The translations under genes were made by a program, and so were the position numbers. Shown here in pieces: positions 1 through 10,908 of a stretch of DNA of 64,000 nucleotides. The stretch spans positions 1 through 64,000 of the forward strand of contig VRVR01000012.1 of assembly GCA_009859145.1 (NCBI GenBank), read 5' to 3'. The notes beneath the pieces were generated by a model, which was not told the origin of the DNA, searched no databases, and worked only from the letters and a program-made list of their open reading frames with translations. This stretch comes from Andalucia godoyi And28. Its lineage: Eukaryota; Protista; Jakobida. Every line of letters starts with the position of its first letter. The first letter of the stretch is position 1.

Positions 1-364
1 TGCAAGCCAGCTGTTTCGTGGCAGTTGCTTCACCGATGGGCACAGGCCGAACATCACTGCGCCTCTCCAGCTCAAGACGGAGCGGGAGCTGTGTGCGCTG
101 TACCTCGCCATGCGCGCCGCCCGATGATCACGCATGGTACAATAAAGAACCCAATCTGGATGCAGTGCTCTGCTTACTCTGTATAACTCAACGGAATGCA
201 ACAGGTGACACCCTTCCTGTCTCTTCTCTGCGAGCGTGGTTAGTGTCGCGCCGGGCAAGAAGAAGGCTCGGAACACACGCATGTGAGGGCCCCCGTGCCA
301 CATTCCATCACTAGATGCAGCGGCGAGGACAGATTCGTTAGTTGAAAAAAACTATACTGATAGA

Positions 365-527
365 AAACGACTGTAGTCGGGAATTAGGTAATTAATATTT
401 TACGTATAACTCCTAAACGGCGTCGTCCGCAAGAGAATTTCTTTTGCCAGACTGCTCGCCGTCCCCGACTCTACCAGTCCCCAGCATTACCTCAGAAAAA
501 GTGCTGTGGACCATTTTCCGTATTTGT
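365..527 (+). repeat. 163-nt structured dispersed repeat, family A, copy 1 (candidate ncRNA or mobile-element end)
   Basis: Colinear with 8046-8208 (AAACGACTGTAGTCGGGAATTAGG...TTTTCCGTATTTGT). Stems GTAGTCGGG/CCCGAC(TC)TAC, TTAGG/CCTAA, GCAAGAGA/TCTTTTGC and GTCC-CAGCAT/GTGCTG-GGAC. G-U-compatible pairs favour the + strand. Confidence 0.85.
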
Positions 528-801
528 GGTGGAGTATAATAACTGATTGACAAATTGTTTTATGTCAATCGACCGTAGTCTAGCGACCTAGCGATCGACG
601 ATCGACACTGGTACTATCACTTGATGCAACTTCCGATCCTTGTTTTGCAAAAGCGCCGAAATTAACCCTAAAGGGAGCGAGAAAGCCCCCGCAAAGTGCC
701 CGCTACACTATTTCTTCCATCGAGTCTCTTCCGCCTTTCCCACTTCCAGCGGTTTCTCGATTTTACCAAGCCCTTCTGCCAACTTCCATTTCAGATAAGC
801 A

Positions 802-2202
802 ATGCTTCCAGAAACTTCCATGTCCCGTGGACTTGTCCTCCAAATAGTGATTCACGATGAAGAACAGCCTCGGATTGCAGACACCTTTGTCGCAACATCT
901 TCCTCTTCTTCAGTGGCTTTTTCGTTGCTTTGCTCTAGGCTAGCAGTATGCATCGAATTCTCTTCTTCTAATTATTTTGATTATTCTTTTGCGTCATTCC
1001 GGTCGTTGTTCGGCCAGATGAAGCATTCAAGTCTTGACACGGCTCTCGAACAGATTCACTCTGCTTTGCGCACCAATGAGGAAGTTCTCTTGTTGGGAAT
1101 CAAGAATGCAAGAATAACTGTGAAAACAGTCAACGGGGAGAAAGAAGGTTCCAGCAGATTTGCAGAAGTTGCAAAATGGTGCCAGTTGATCAGTTGTGTC
1201 GATGACTATATTCGCCTGGAGATGACCGTTCAAATTGCCTCTCGCAATTCTCTTTTTTTCCAATCGAATCTCATGCTGCACCTTTCTTTGAGCATTTCCC
1301 GAACTCTTCTCGTGACATTTGTCATTTTCAACGATGTTTTCTCGCTCTGCGAAGAGCACCTTCCACGTGTTTTCTACTGTTTTCTCGTCAGTCTGGGTCT
1401 CAGTAAGGAATGCAACCTACGCATCGTTCAAGATTCTGCCGAAGCACGCCATCATGCTCTTGTGCACTCCAGCGTTGCATGGACCTTTCCATCAAACTTG
1501 GCTGATAATCACTCTTTGATCAGTGTGCCTGATGTGCAGCGAGAGTTTTATTCGTTTGTGTCTGAAGCTGTGTATGAACATCTCGACTTTATTCGAGATT
1601 TCACAAGGTCCCGCTTTCTTCACTTTCCGGACTGGATTGCATGCTGTCCACTTCCTGCAGCAGATTCACAAACGTTAGACGTTTCTTTGAAGGATCTTGA
1701 GTGCACAAACCAGGATCCGAAATCAGGGGTTTTCGCAGAATCCCCTCTCGTCCTTTCTGTGTTGTACGGATCTCTTCGAAGCTTGCACCGAATGTACATG
1801 CAGTCGTCCGTCGAAATTTGCGAATTCCTGTTATCTTTGCTCCAACAGTCTGAAACATGTATCGCTTTTGGTGACATTGTGCATTTCAGAGAAGAAATGG
1901 ACCAAGAAGTTCAAATTGTCGAGAACTCTTCGATTCTTTTGCATGAAAGCCGAGCGGTTCGTCTTCGAATTTGGATGAGACAGATGAGCCGCTTCCGATC
2001 CGATGGCCCTCTTTGCGTCTGGCTAGTTCTTTCCCACCCAAATGGCCCGGGAAAGATTCGCAGAATACCTATTGTTGAAAAACCACAATTTTTGTTGAAT
2101 CTGCAATCGTCACAGCTGTCCTCCCCTCTGATCAGTTGTCAGTATGCGCCAGCAAATTTCGTGTGTCAAATTCGACTTTCCCGTCTTTCGGACTATCATT
2201 AA
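802..2202 (+). CDS. Hypothetical protein, 466 aa
   Basis: Long uninterrupted ATG-initiated ORF; no motif recognised. Confidence 0.6.
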   Translation: MLPETSMSRGLVLQIVIHDEEQPRIADTFVATSSSSSVAFSLLCSRLAVCIEFSSSNYFDYSFASFRSLFGQMKHSSLDTALEQIHSALRTNEEVLLLGIKNARITVKTVNGEKEGSSRFAEVAKWCQLISCVDDYIRLEMTVQIASRNSLFFQSNLMLHLSLSISRTLLVTFVIFNDVFSLCEEHLPRVFYCFLVSLGLSKECNLRIVQDSAEARHHALVHSSVAWTFPSNLADNHSLISVPDVQREFYSFVSEAVYEHLDFIRDFTRSRFLHFPDWIACCPLPAADSQTLDVSLKDLECTNQDPKSGVFAESPLVLSVLYGSLRSLHRMYMQSSVEICEFLLSLLQQSETCIAFGDIVHFREEMDQEVQIVENSSILLHESRAVRLRIWMRQMSRFRSDGPLCVWLVLSHPNGPGKIRRIPIVEKPQFLLNLQSSQLSSPLISCQYAPANFVCQIRLSRLSDYH

Positions 2203-2508
2203 AGCTTTTCACAAGAGGCAATTTGCAGTCATTACACAATGTAAGCACTCTTTCAAGATCTCTTTACGTCTCCCGCGCGCCGAGACCGCTCTGAGCTGTT
2301 GTAGCCGTGCCAGATCGGCGAAATCGGCGATTTAGCGCCGAATTTGTTAGCGTAATTGTCCGCTTTTTTCGGATTTGTGCCCCAGAATGATTCCACCGCG
2401 CTAGGTGGGAAGCTGATTTGCAATAAGCGGCGGCCCAAACTCAACTTCTTTGCAAAATAAAAAATTTCATTTCTTCCGATTTTTCGAATAAGACCAAGTC
2501 CAAACGAA

Positions 2509-3381
2509 ATGTCGGACATCGAGACCATTAAGATTGTGTGTGCTGTGAGCATTTTCCTTGTCGGTTTCATTGGAGTTGCGATTCCGCTGGTTCAGAAGGA
2601 GCGAAGAGATCGCCAGCCAATAGCATACTGTAAGTCCCCGCTGATTCTTGACGAACAGAAACCGCATGATGATGCGAAGTGTTCCAGGACGGAACTGCAG
2701 GGGTCCTCTCATGCTGCAGCAGAGTCTTTTGCTGCCGGAGTAGTCCTCAGTGCAGGTACGGTTCATGTCCTCGGCGATGCTTGTGATTCTTTTGACTTGG
2801 TTTCTCCCTCGTTTCAGTATCCGATTGCCATTTTCGTTTGCGCATCAGTCATACTCCTGCTTGTTACGATTCAATATGCGCTGGAAGCATACTTGAAGAA
2901 GAAGAAGAAGAAGGGGACCGACGGAAGCATGCAAGGCGTGTGGGTCTTCTTCGGCGCTTTAGGAGTCCATTCCGTCTTTGAGGGACTGGCCATCGGAGGG
3001 GAAAACGATCTTACAGCAATCAGTACTGTCGTAGCAGCCATTCTGGCCCACAAAGGATTTGCTGCATTTGCTCTGGGAATACGGATGGCAGATGTGTACG
3101 GTCTTGGATCGAAGGGGCAGTTGTGGATTTTAGCCCTTCTCTTTTCCCTTGCCTCTCCTCTGGGTTGCTTTATCGGAATGGCTGTGAGTGCATCACTTAG
3201 AGACTCTCGTTCGGGACTCATTGCGCAGGGATGCCTATTAGCAGCAGCAGCAGGATCGTTTCTATTTATTGCAACTTTTGAAATGATCCCTCACGCATTA
3301 AAATACGGCAGATTGTCGTGGAATCTTGGTCTGTTGTGGTTAGGCTTCGGCATATTCTCGGTTCTTGCATTCTGGGTCTGA
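2509..3381 (+). CDS. ZIP-family (ZRT/IRT-like) zinc/iron transporter
   Basis: Multiple TM segments; motifs FAAGVVLSAGTVHVLGDA, GVHSVFEGLAIG, ILAHKGFAAFALG. Confidence 0.93.
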   Translation: MSDIETIKIVCAVSIFLVGFIGVAIPLVQKERRDRQPIAYCKSPLILDEQKPHDDAKCSRTELQGSSHAAAESFAAGVVLSAGTVHVLGDACDSFDLVSPSFQYPIAIFVCASVILLLVTIQYALEAYLKKKKKKGTDGSMQGVWVFFGALGVHSVFEGLAIGGENDLTAISTVVAAILAHKGFAAFALGIRMADVYGLGSKGQLWILALLFSLASPLGCFIGMAVSASLRDSRSGLIAQGCLLAAAAGSFLFIATFEMIPHALKYGRLSWNLGLLWLGFGIFSVLAFWV

Positions 3382-3933
3382 TCTGTTCATGAAACCCACA
3401 ATGAGCCTCTTTTCACAAATCCACGTGTTGTTCTTCTCGTGTACTGTACGCAGAAAAGCCCGTTGACCATTCATGCGGAGTCGCAGACCATTCTTTACTT
3501 TCTTATGAATAGATAAACCATTGTGGGTCACGTGTCAGTCTGACACGCAGCAGCCCCCGTCGAAGTTGCAAGAGACAATGGACAGGACAGGCATGCTGCC
3601 TGCTTTTTCAAATAAATGTCCTGTTTTATACGGCCCTCTGTATTGCAGAAGTTTTCTTTGCGTTGTCATGACGTACTGACAGAGAGAGAGTCATTCTGTC
3701 GTAAATCGCAAGGTCGGGCGGAGAATTGATTACGAGGCGGGTATTTATGGTGCCCTCATTAGGGTAATTGCGGCGACTTTGCGGACGGACGTATCGTACG
3801 TCAGCCCAGGGTTTCTCGGTTTTCAACAAGTTTTCAGAAAGTAGAAACCCTGACAAACTATGATCAACGTCTTTGCGCCTATTCGACTGCTCCCGCGTTT
3901 CTCTTTTGGTCAGCTGACGCTCGAGAACATTTC

Positions 3934-5298
3934 ATGAAGGACACACGACTGCCCGCCACGATTCTTTCGGGTTTCCTGGGAGCAGGCAAGACTACCTTGC
4001 TGAACCACATCCTGCGGCAGCCGCACGGCCTGAAAATTGCAGTCATCGTGAATGACATGTCCGAGGTGAACGTGGACGCGTCTCTTATTCGGAGCGCTCT
4101 TGTCGACATCGAGCTGCAGCATTCCCTTGCCTCCGTTTCGTTGGCCGACACCCAAGTCAAGGGGACCGTCAAGCTTGCTGAACTGATCCGCACCGAAGAG
4201 AGGATTGTACAGCTGCAGAATGGGTGCATTTGCTGCACACTTCGGGATGACTTGCTGCAAGAGGTCGCGCGGCTCTCGGCGCTGAAGCAGTTTGATTATC
4301 TGCTGATCGAAGGAACAGGGATTGCCGAGCCCATGCAAGTCGCGGAAACATTTTCTTTCGAGGGACTGCGCTCTTTGGCACGAATCGATACCATGGTCAC
4401 GGTTGTCGACAGCGTGCGGTTTCTTGAAGACCTGAAATCTTCCGATCTGTTGAAGGACCGAAAAATGGAATCCGGAGAAGAAGACAAGAGGTGCATCACC
4501 GATTTGCTGGTCGATCAGGTCGAGTTCGCAAACATTCTCCTTTTGAACAAGGCAGACTGTATTCAATCAGAAGATGATCTCGGCCGGGTCAAATCTTTCT
4601 TGGCATCTATGAATCCAGCTGCTAAAATAATGACATGCTCATTCGGCCGCGTTGACGCAGGTGAGCTTCTCAACACGCGTTTGTATTCCGAAGAGGCATC
4701 GCTGTCTATGCCCCGCTGGATGCAGTCCACGAAAATGCCTGTTCTTCCAGAAACAGAAGAGTACGGTGTCTCCTCCTTTGTCTATTCACGAAGAATGCCC
4801 TTCCATCCCTTCCGTCTCGAAGCATTCTTGACTTCCGAAATGGAGTCTCTTAGCCCGGTCCTTCGCTCGAAAGGAGTGTTCTGGAACGCTTCTCGGGACG
4901 ATTTGTGCGGCGAATGGGCACAAAGCGGAAAGATGATCAAACTAGTACCTGCAGGGTTCTGGCTCGCGTGTGCCATAGGAAAAGAGCGCTCGAGGTTTTT
5001 CAAGAGCATGAAAAAGACGTCCGTTGTGGAGAAAGAGGTGCAAAGAATCTGGTCAGAGGAAGACAATCGAGGTGATCGGAGGATTGAGATCGTGTTCATT
5101 GGCATTCATATGGATCGACAGAAAATCGAAAAGGATCTGGACGAGTGTCTGGTGACAAAAGAGGAATGGCTGGCTTGGACCGTGTCGGACCGCGACAAGT
5201 TGTTCGGGGGTGAACTGGACAAGATCCTCAAGGGGTCTCCGTCGTCTCCATCCATTCCTTGTTTCCATTTCTCGAAGGGAAAATGCATCCACAAATAG
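3934..5298 (+). CDS. COG0523/CobW-family G3E GTPase zinc metallochaperone, paralog 1
   Basis: TILSGFLGAGKTT, NDMSEVNVD, GCICC (CxCC), IEGTG, LLNKAD, and CobW_C motifs RSKGVFW and GDRRIEIVFIG. Confidence 0.95.
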   Translation: MKDTRLPATILSGFLGAGKTTLLNHILRQPHGLKIAVIVNDMSEVNVDASLIRSALVDIELQHSLASVSLADTQVKGTVKLAELIRTEERIVQLQNGCICCTLRDDLLQEVARLSALKQFDYLLIEGTGIAEPMQVAETFSFEGLRSLARIDTMVTVVDSVRFLEDLKSSDLLKDRKMESGEEDKRCITDLLVDQVEFANILLLNKADCIQSEDDLGRVKSFLASMNPAAKIMTCSFGRVDAGELLNTRLYSEEASLSMPRWMQSTKMPVLPETEEYGVSSFVYSRRMPFHPFRLEAFLTSEMESLSPVLRSKGVFWNASRDDLCGEWAQSGKMIKLVPAGFWLACAIGKERSRFFKSMKKTSVVEKEVQRIWSEEDNRGDRRIEIVFIGIHMDRQKIEKDLDECLVTKEEWLAWTVSDRDKLFGGELDKILKGSPSSPSIPCFHFSKGKCIHK

Positions 5299-5738
5299 CT
5301 GGAACAACATAATGTACTTGCATTGTTTATGTGAACTGTTTGGAACTGTTTCAGCTGAATCTGAATGTGCATTGAGTGCATGTCAGTGACCATATGAAGT
5401 AAAGGTTTGTGGGTCAGAAGAAATGACGAATCGAAGTCGGAAAGGAGCCGCAGACATTCGGGGCATTCCCTGCATCGGCTGTCGGGTCTTTTTCAATTAC
5501 TGACCGGCTAATTAAGCTTGCTTTTTCTCCGCTTTTTTCTCCGAACCCTACTCGGCATTCGTGTCTCCAGCAGTGCCAGGGAAACCCTACGAAAATCACG
5601 TGCGTCGCCAGTTTCTCCCACTGCTTGAGAAGGACAACCCTGTTCTTTCTTGGCAGTAGTACGCTTCCTGGAGAGTCTCCGGTGCGTTTCCAGCCAAGAA
5701 AAAGAGAATTTTTTCTCTGGGCATCTTCCGATTCGCAA

Positions 5739-7136
5739 ATGCTCCCAGTCACGGTCTTGTCCGGCTTTCTTGGCGCGGGAAAAACAACTCTTTTGAACCA
5801 TATTCTCAACTCTCCTGACCATGGATTCAAGATCGCAGTCATTGTCAATGACATGTCGGAGATTAATGTTGACGGCCAGCTGATTCGATCTTCTTCCAAA
5901 GGATTCTTCAAGCGAACCAAAGAGAAGATCGTCGAAATGCAGAACGGCTGCATTTGCTGCACCTTGCGAGAGGATTTGCTGAAGGAAGTCTCTCGGCTTG
6001 CCAGGAAGCAGGCCTTTGACTATCTCGTTATCGAGGGCACCGGGATTGCTGAGCCCATGCAAGTTGCAGAAACCTTTGCTTTCAAGGAACTCGAAGATGT
6101 GGCAAAGTTGGATACTATGGTGACCGTTGTGGATGCTTACAACTTTCTGGAAGACTACACCTCGGGGGAAAGTCTGAAAGACCGAGAAATGCAGGCAAAA
6201 AAGTCGGATGCAAGGTCTATTGTCGAGCTCCTTGTGGAGCAGGTGGAGTTTGCAAACGTTATCGTCCTGAATAAGATCGACAAGGTTAATGAGCCCGAGC
6301 GACAAGTCCTTCGTGGGTTGCTTTCCAAGCTCAGTCCTGGTGCCAAAATAGTCGAAGCAGTTCATGGAAAACTTGACGTGATGAAAATCCTAAATACTGG
6401 ATTGTTTTCGGTGCAGGAAGCAAGCGAGTTCGACGGATGGATGGAGTCCGTGAATTCCGCTCCTCATGTCCCGGAGACGCTGGAATATGGTATTGGCTCA
6501 TTCGTGTACCGTTCTCGTACCCCCTTCCATCCCAAGCGGCTCGAAAAGCTGCTGAAAGCCCAGCCGACATGCTTCCAAGCTGTTCTCCGTTCTAAAGGCG
6601 TATTTTGGCTGACTTCGACGGATGAGCTGTATGGCGAGTGGGCTTCTTGTGCCTCTTCGCTCAAGCTGCAGCCTGGTGGGCTATGGCTTGCAGCGATGGG
6701 AAAGGCCGAACGTGAGGCGCTTGTTGGTGAAGACGACTCCACGAAGAAGGAATTCGAGCGCATTTGGCAGGAGGACAATGACATTGGGGACCGCAGAAAC
6801 GAAATTGTGTTTATCGGAATCGACATGGATCGCGTTGCCATCGAATCGTGCCTCGACAGTTGTACTGTACCTGCTAGCGAGAGAGAGTGCACTCGTACGG
6901 TGGACCTCAATTCGAAGACGCAGAAGAAGAGGATGAGCAAGGATCCTATTTTTGGAGAAATCAAAGAACTTGTGGACATGTATAAGAACCCAGAACCTGA
7001 ACAACTGCAAGTCAAAGCAAGACACACTCCTTCTGAATTTGAAACTGCGCGTAGACACCGCCGTGCCCATTCCGGAAGGAAACGTCCTATGGACTCGGAT
7101 TTGCGCAAGTCGGTTTCGAAACGGCGTCGTGTGTAG
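5739..7136 (+). CDS. COG0523/CobW-family G3E GTPase zinc metallochaperone, paralog 2
   Basis: First ATG at 5739 (MLPVTVLSGFLGAGKTT); GCICC, IEGTG, LNKID, RSKGVFW, GDRRNEIVFIG; basic C-terminal tail. Confidence 0.95.
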   Translation: MLPVTVLSGFLGAGKTTLLNHILNSPDHGFKIAVIVNDMSEINVDGQLIRSSSKGFFKRTKEKIVEMQNGCICCTLREDLLKEVSRLARKQAFDYLVIEGTGIAEPMQVAETFAFKELEDVAKLDTMVTVVDAYNFLEDYTSGESLKDREMQAKKSDARSIVELLVEQVEFANVIVLNKIDKVNEPERQVLRGLLSKLSPGAKIVEAVHGKLDVMKILNTGLFSVQEASEFDGWMESVNSAPHVPETLEYGIGSFVYRSRTPFHPKRLEKLLKAQPTCFQAVLRSKGVFWLTSTDELYGEWASCASSLKLQPGGLWLAAMGKAEREALVGEDDSTKKEFERIWQEDNDIGDRRNEIVFIGIDMDRVAIESCLDSCTVPASERECTRTVDLNSKTQKKRMSKDPIFGEIKELVDMYKNPEPEQLQVKARHTPSEFETARRHRRAHSGRKRPMDSDLRKSVSKRRRV

Positions 7137-8045
7137 TGCGTTGATTCAGCCGCGTCGGTTTCCATTACAAGAATTCCATTCTCAGAAAATAAAGTAACGA
7201 CAGAGTTGAATGAAAACATTTATGCATCCCTTACAATCAACAATCTGGCAAAGGAATATTCGGATTTCATTCGAAAAAATCAAACTGGTATGTTGCCTAC
7301 TCTTGTTTTGAACTTCATGTATTCTGTTGCCACAAAAGAGTCCTGGCCAATCATCAAGCATACGCTGTGCTTTGTCTACAAAAATAGGAAAACAGGGACA
7401 GGAATCACCAATGCCAGGGGCGGTTTTGAACTTCAAACGGATATCATCGATAACTTCAGTGGATGCGAAGAAGATTGTAGCACTATCTTGCCACGCATTT
7501 GCTTTCAAAAGCTCTTGTGTTACACGAGATGATAATGTCGGCAAGTCAAGACAACCCAACTTGTCATCGTTGAACGCGAATGAGTTGGGATAACATTGCC
7601 ACAGCGCTAAATGAAGAAAAACAGCCTCCTTGCTACCGGCAAAGCCCTCGAAACCAATTCAGCATATATAGTAAATCTAGCCCACAGAAGCAACGGAACA
7701 TTGAAGAAACAGTTAGTCTGCGTTCACTAACCACGATCTGCTCCAAGTCCCAGCTATACAACTGCATTATTTGCTTGACAAACTGCTCGAAGTCTCTCCA
7801 TCCTCCATTCTTTCCAACCTCTCGCGTAATATACATACCAGGGAACATCGTCACATTCGTTACTGCGATCCGCGGGTCGACCGAGGTGCCCAGTGCCAAG
7901 ACGCGCAGGAAGGTGTCGAATGCGGTGCTTCGCGACTACTGTGTAAATGGCGTAAGCACAGTACCTCTGCTGATGGATCGGCAATGCTCAGCGTGCTGCA
8001 TTCATGAAGACAGCTCACCCTAAGAAAGCATTCTTCGCGCAAAAT

Positions 8046-8208
8046 AAACGACTGTAGTCGGGAATTAGGTAATTAATGTTTTACGTATAACTCCTGAACG
8101 GCGTCGTCCCCAGGCGATATTCGTGTGCCAGATTGCTCGCCGTCCCCGACTCTACCAGCCTCCAGCATTATCTCAGAAAAGACGGTCTGGCGAGTTTTCC
8201 GTATTTGT
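8046..8208 (+). repeat. 163-nt structured dispersed repeat, family A, copy 2
   Basis: Same length and boundaries as 365-527; substitutions concentrate in two hairpins that still pair. Confidence 0.85.
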
Positions 8209-8561
8209 TTCTGGATAACATCAGATATATGCTGCAGCGGTGTACGTACGTGGTCAGGACAAAATAAATGAGAAAATGAAACGAAACGAAGCGAAACAGA
8301 TGATTATAGGAACAGTAATGCAAATGAGAATGAGTGGGATGCAGGTTTGCAAGGTGCAGCAACACAGACATTGCTTACCCTGGAGCCCTCTGGGTGTCAG
8401 TGCATATTCGGTATGTGTGGCCTTGAAATACGCGTCCACTCCGGCCTTCATCTTCTTTTTGTGAGTAACTCGCTGCTTTATTCATGGACGGATGGAAAAG
8501 AATGAAGACAAAGTTTATGATGATGTTGTTTTCCTCGGAATATATGTCCCGCGCCCGAAAT

Positions 8562-10505
8562 CTAGGCAGCGTGTGCAGATGGCTGTGCTCCAAACAAGCC
8601 AGAAGCCCTTCCGTGGAGTTCTTCAACTTGGTCAAGCATTTCTTTCGGCGTGGATGACCCAATTGTGGAAGCGAAGAAGTGCCGCAACTCCTCTGCTTCT
8701 TTTACCCATTCAGAATTGTCGACCTTGACCAATTCTTCTTGATCGTGCAAACTCAAATCCAAGCCAGAAACATTGATTCCACGATGACCAGAGGAAACAA
8801 ACGGAGGCACCAAGCCAATGGAAGTTTCTTTTGCGTCAGCTTTGCCATTGCATCTGTCGAATACCCACTGCAAGACTCGGGCATTATCACCAAATCCAGG
8901 CCACAAGAACGAGTTCGATGTTGCATCTCGGCGGAACCAGTTCACATGGAAGATGCGAGGCTGCTTCTTCGTTTCCATTTTCTTACCTACTGATAGCCAA
9001 TGTCCGAAGTAATGACCCATATTGTAGCCCGCAAACGGCAGCATTGCAAAAGGATCGTGACGAAGCACTCCCAGTGCACCTGCTGCTGCCGCGGTTGTCT
9101 CCGAACGCATGGATGCTCCGAGGAAGACCCCGTGCTGCCAAGAGCGCGCCTCAAAAACCAGCGGAACCGTGCGAGAACGTCTGCCTCCAAACAAGATGGC
9201 ATCAATGGGAACGCCGCTCATGGAAGCAAATGCCTTCTGATCCAACACCGGACACTGCTGTGCTTGAACAGTGAAACGTGCGTTGGGATGCGCAAGAGGA
9301 CCTTTTCCGTCATTTGCGGACCGTTTGACTCCTTTCCAGTCAAAGGAGCCATCAGGTGCAGGCGTTGTCATACCTTCCCACCACACATCGCCGTCGGGGG
9401 TCAGTGCGACGTTCGTGAAAAGCGTGTTCTTTTCAATCGTCTTGATGGCATGTGGGTTTGTCTTTTCGGAAGTTCCCGGGGCTACTCCAAAGAAGCCATA
9501 CTCGGGATTCACTGCCCAGAGACGCCCATCGTGAGGATCCACACGCATCCACGCGATATCGTCTCCTACTGTCTCGAACTTCCAGCCAGGTACCTTGGAA
9601 TTCAACATGGCAAGGTTCGTCTTTCCACATGCTGAGGGAAACGCCGCTGCCACATACTTCTTCTCTCCCTGCGGATTCGTAATTCCAACAATCAACATGT
9701 GCTCTGCAAGCCATCCTTCATCTCGAGCAATCGTGGAAGCGATGCGCAGTGCGAGACACTTCTTCCCTAAGAGAGCGTTTCCACCATACCCGGATCCATA
9801 CGACCAAATCTCCCTTGAATCGGGGAAGTGCGCAATGAATTTGATCCCATCTCGATCGCAAGGCCATGAACTGTCCTTTTCGCCGTCCCGAAGCGGCGCA
9901 CCAACGGAGTGCAGGCACGGAACAAAGGGATTCGACGCATGTATGCCAGAAATGTGATTCAGTGCATCCGCGCCCATTCGGGTCATGATCTTCATGGATG
10001 CCGCCACATACGCAGAATCCGTCAACTGAATACCCTGAATGGAAAATGGAGAGCCCACAGGTCCCATCGAGAAGGGAACAATGTACATTGTTCGGTTTCG
10101 CATGGAAGATGCAAACAGATTCTTGAGTTTGGGCCGCAGCTCATCCGGATGGCGCCAATAGTTTGTCGGGCCTGCTTCACGAGGAGTACGAGACGCAATA
10201 AACGTGCGGTCCTCCACACGTGCAACATCCAATGGATCCGATCGCGCAAGATACGAACCAGGTCTCTTGAGCTTGGTCAACGTTCCTTGGGCAACCATCA
10301 TCTCGCACAGTGTCTCAAACTCGGACTGAGTTCCCTCGCAAAGAAACAACTTATTTGCGCCCGTGTTCTCAGCGTGTTCGCGAACAAATGACACCAGTTT
10401 TTCATTGGAAGTCCGTTTCATAAGTCCATCGAGAGTAATCTCGGCAAATGATCTCGTGTGTACGAGGCCAAAAGCGCGGGAAACCCAATTTCTCCTCGAC
10501 AACAT
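8562..10505 (-). CDS. PCK: GTP-dependent phosphoenolpyruvate carboxykinase with probable mitochondrial presequence
   Basis: YGSGYGGNALLGKKC, WLAEHML, AAFPSACGKTNLAM, VGDDIAW, NPEYGFFGVAPGT, FHVNWFRR. ATG at 10505 gives MLSRRNWVSRAF. Confidence 0.97.
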   Translation of the reverse strand: MLSRRNWVSRAFGLVHTRSFAEITLDGLMKRTSNEKLVSFVREHAENTGANKLFLCEGTQSEFETLCEMMVAQGTLTKLKRPGSYLARSDPLDVARVEDRTFIASRTPREAGPTNYWRHPDELRPKLKNLFASSMRNRTMYIVPFSMGPVGSPFSIQGIQLTDSAYVAASMKIMTRMGADALNHISGIHASNPFVPCLHSVGAPLRDGEKDSSWPCDRDGIKFIAHFPDSREIWSYGSGYGGNALLGKKCLALRIASTIARDEGWLAEHMLIVGITNPQGEKKYVAAAFPSACGKTNLAMLNSKVPGWKFETVGDDIAWMRVDPHDGRLWAVNPEYGFFGVAPGTSEKTNPHAIKTIEKNTLFTNVALTPDGDVWWEGMTTPAPDGSFDWKGVKRSANDGKGPLAHPNARFTVQAQQCPVLDQKAFASMSGVPIDAILFGGRRSRTVPLVFEARSWQHGVFLGASMRSETTAAAAGALGVLRHDPFAMLPFAGYNMGHYFGHWLSVGKKMETKKQPRIFHVNWFRRDATSNSFLWPGFGDNARVLQWVFDRCNGKADAKETSIGLVPPFVSSGHRGINVSGLDLSLHDQEELVKVDNSEWVKEAEELRHFFASTIGSSTPKEMLDQVEELHGRASGLFGAQPSAHAA

Positions 10506-10908
10506 TGTTCCAACAGCCAATGAAATGCTAAAATCTCTCAACTGGTCAAGAAAAGTAGATTATTAAAATTAAATACACATATAATTAAATGAAGAAAGGG
10601 AGGGGAAAAAGTTTAAGAAAAGAAAGGGAAAAAAATAGAGGTGGGAGATTGACTCGGAAAGAAAAACGTGACACAGTTCCAATGCTGTTTTGATCGTTTC
10701 AACTTCCCTGGGTTTTTTCATCACTCTTTTTTTTTAACTCGTGGCGCGAAACGGACAATGATTGAGCAGGTTTGTATTTTTTAGACAAAATTGGGGTGCA
10801 CTCGTAAACGTGCATTTTTTCGTGGCGGTTGTTTCACTTTTTTTTTACAGCCGGCAAAGAACCACCCAAACATCAACAACCTATTAAAAAAAAGAAGGAA
10901 AATACACA

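Noticed and set aside
18-314. 98-aa ORF from the track
   Set aside because: Non-ATG start and no recognisable motif; competing open frames on both strands, so no coding call can be made.
545-570. GATTGACA/TGTCAATC inverted repeat
   Set aside because: Single short hairpin outside the conserved repeat; no second copy.
665-675. ACCCTAAAGGG resembling the yeast zinc-responsive element
   Set aside because: One occurrence, upstream of an unrelated ORF; the Zap1 system is fungal.
2352-5500. GTAATTG shared upstream of the ZIP and both COG0523 genes
   Set aside because: A 7-mer found post hoc in three ~300-bp regions is close to chance expectation.
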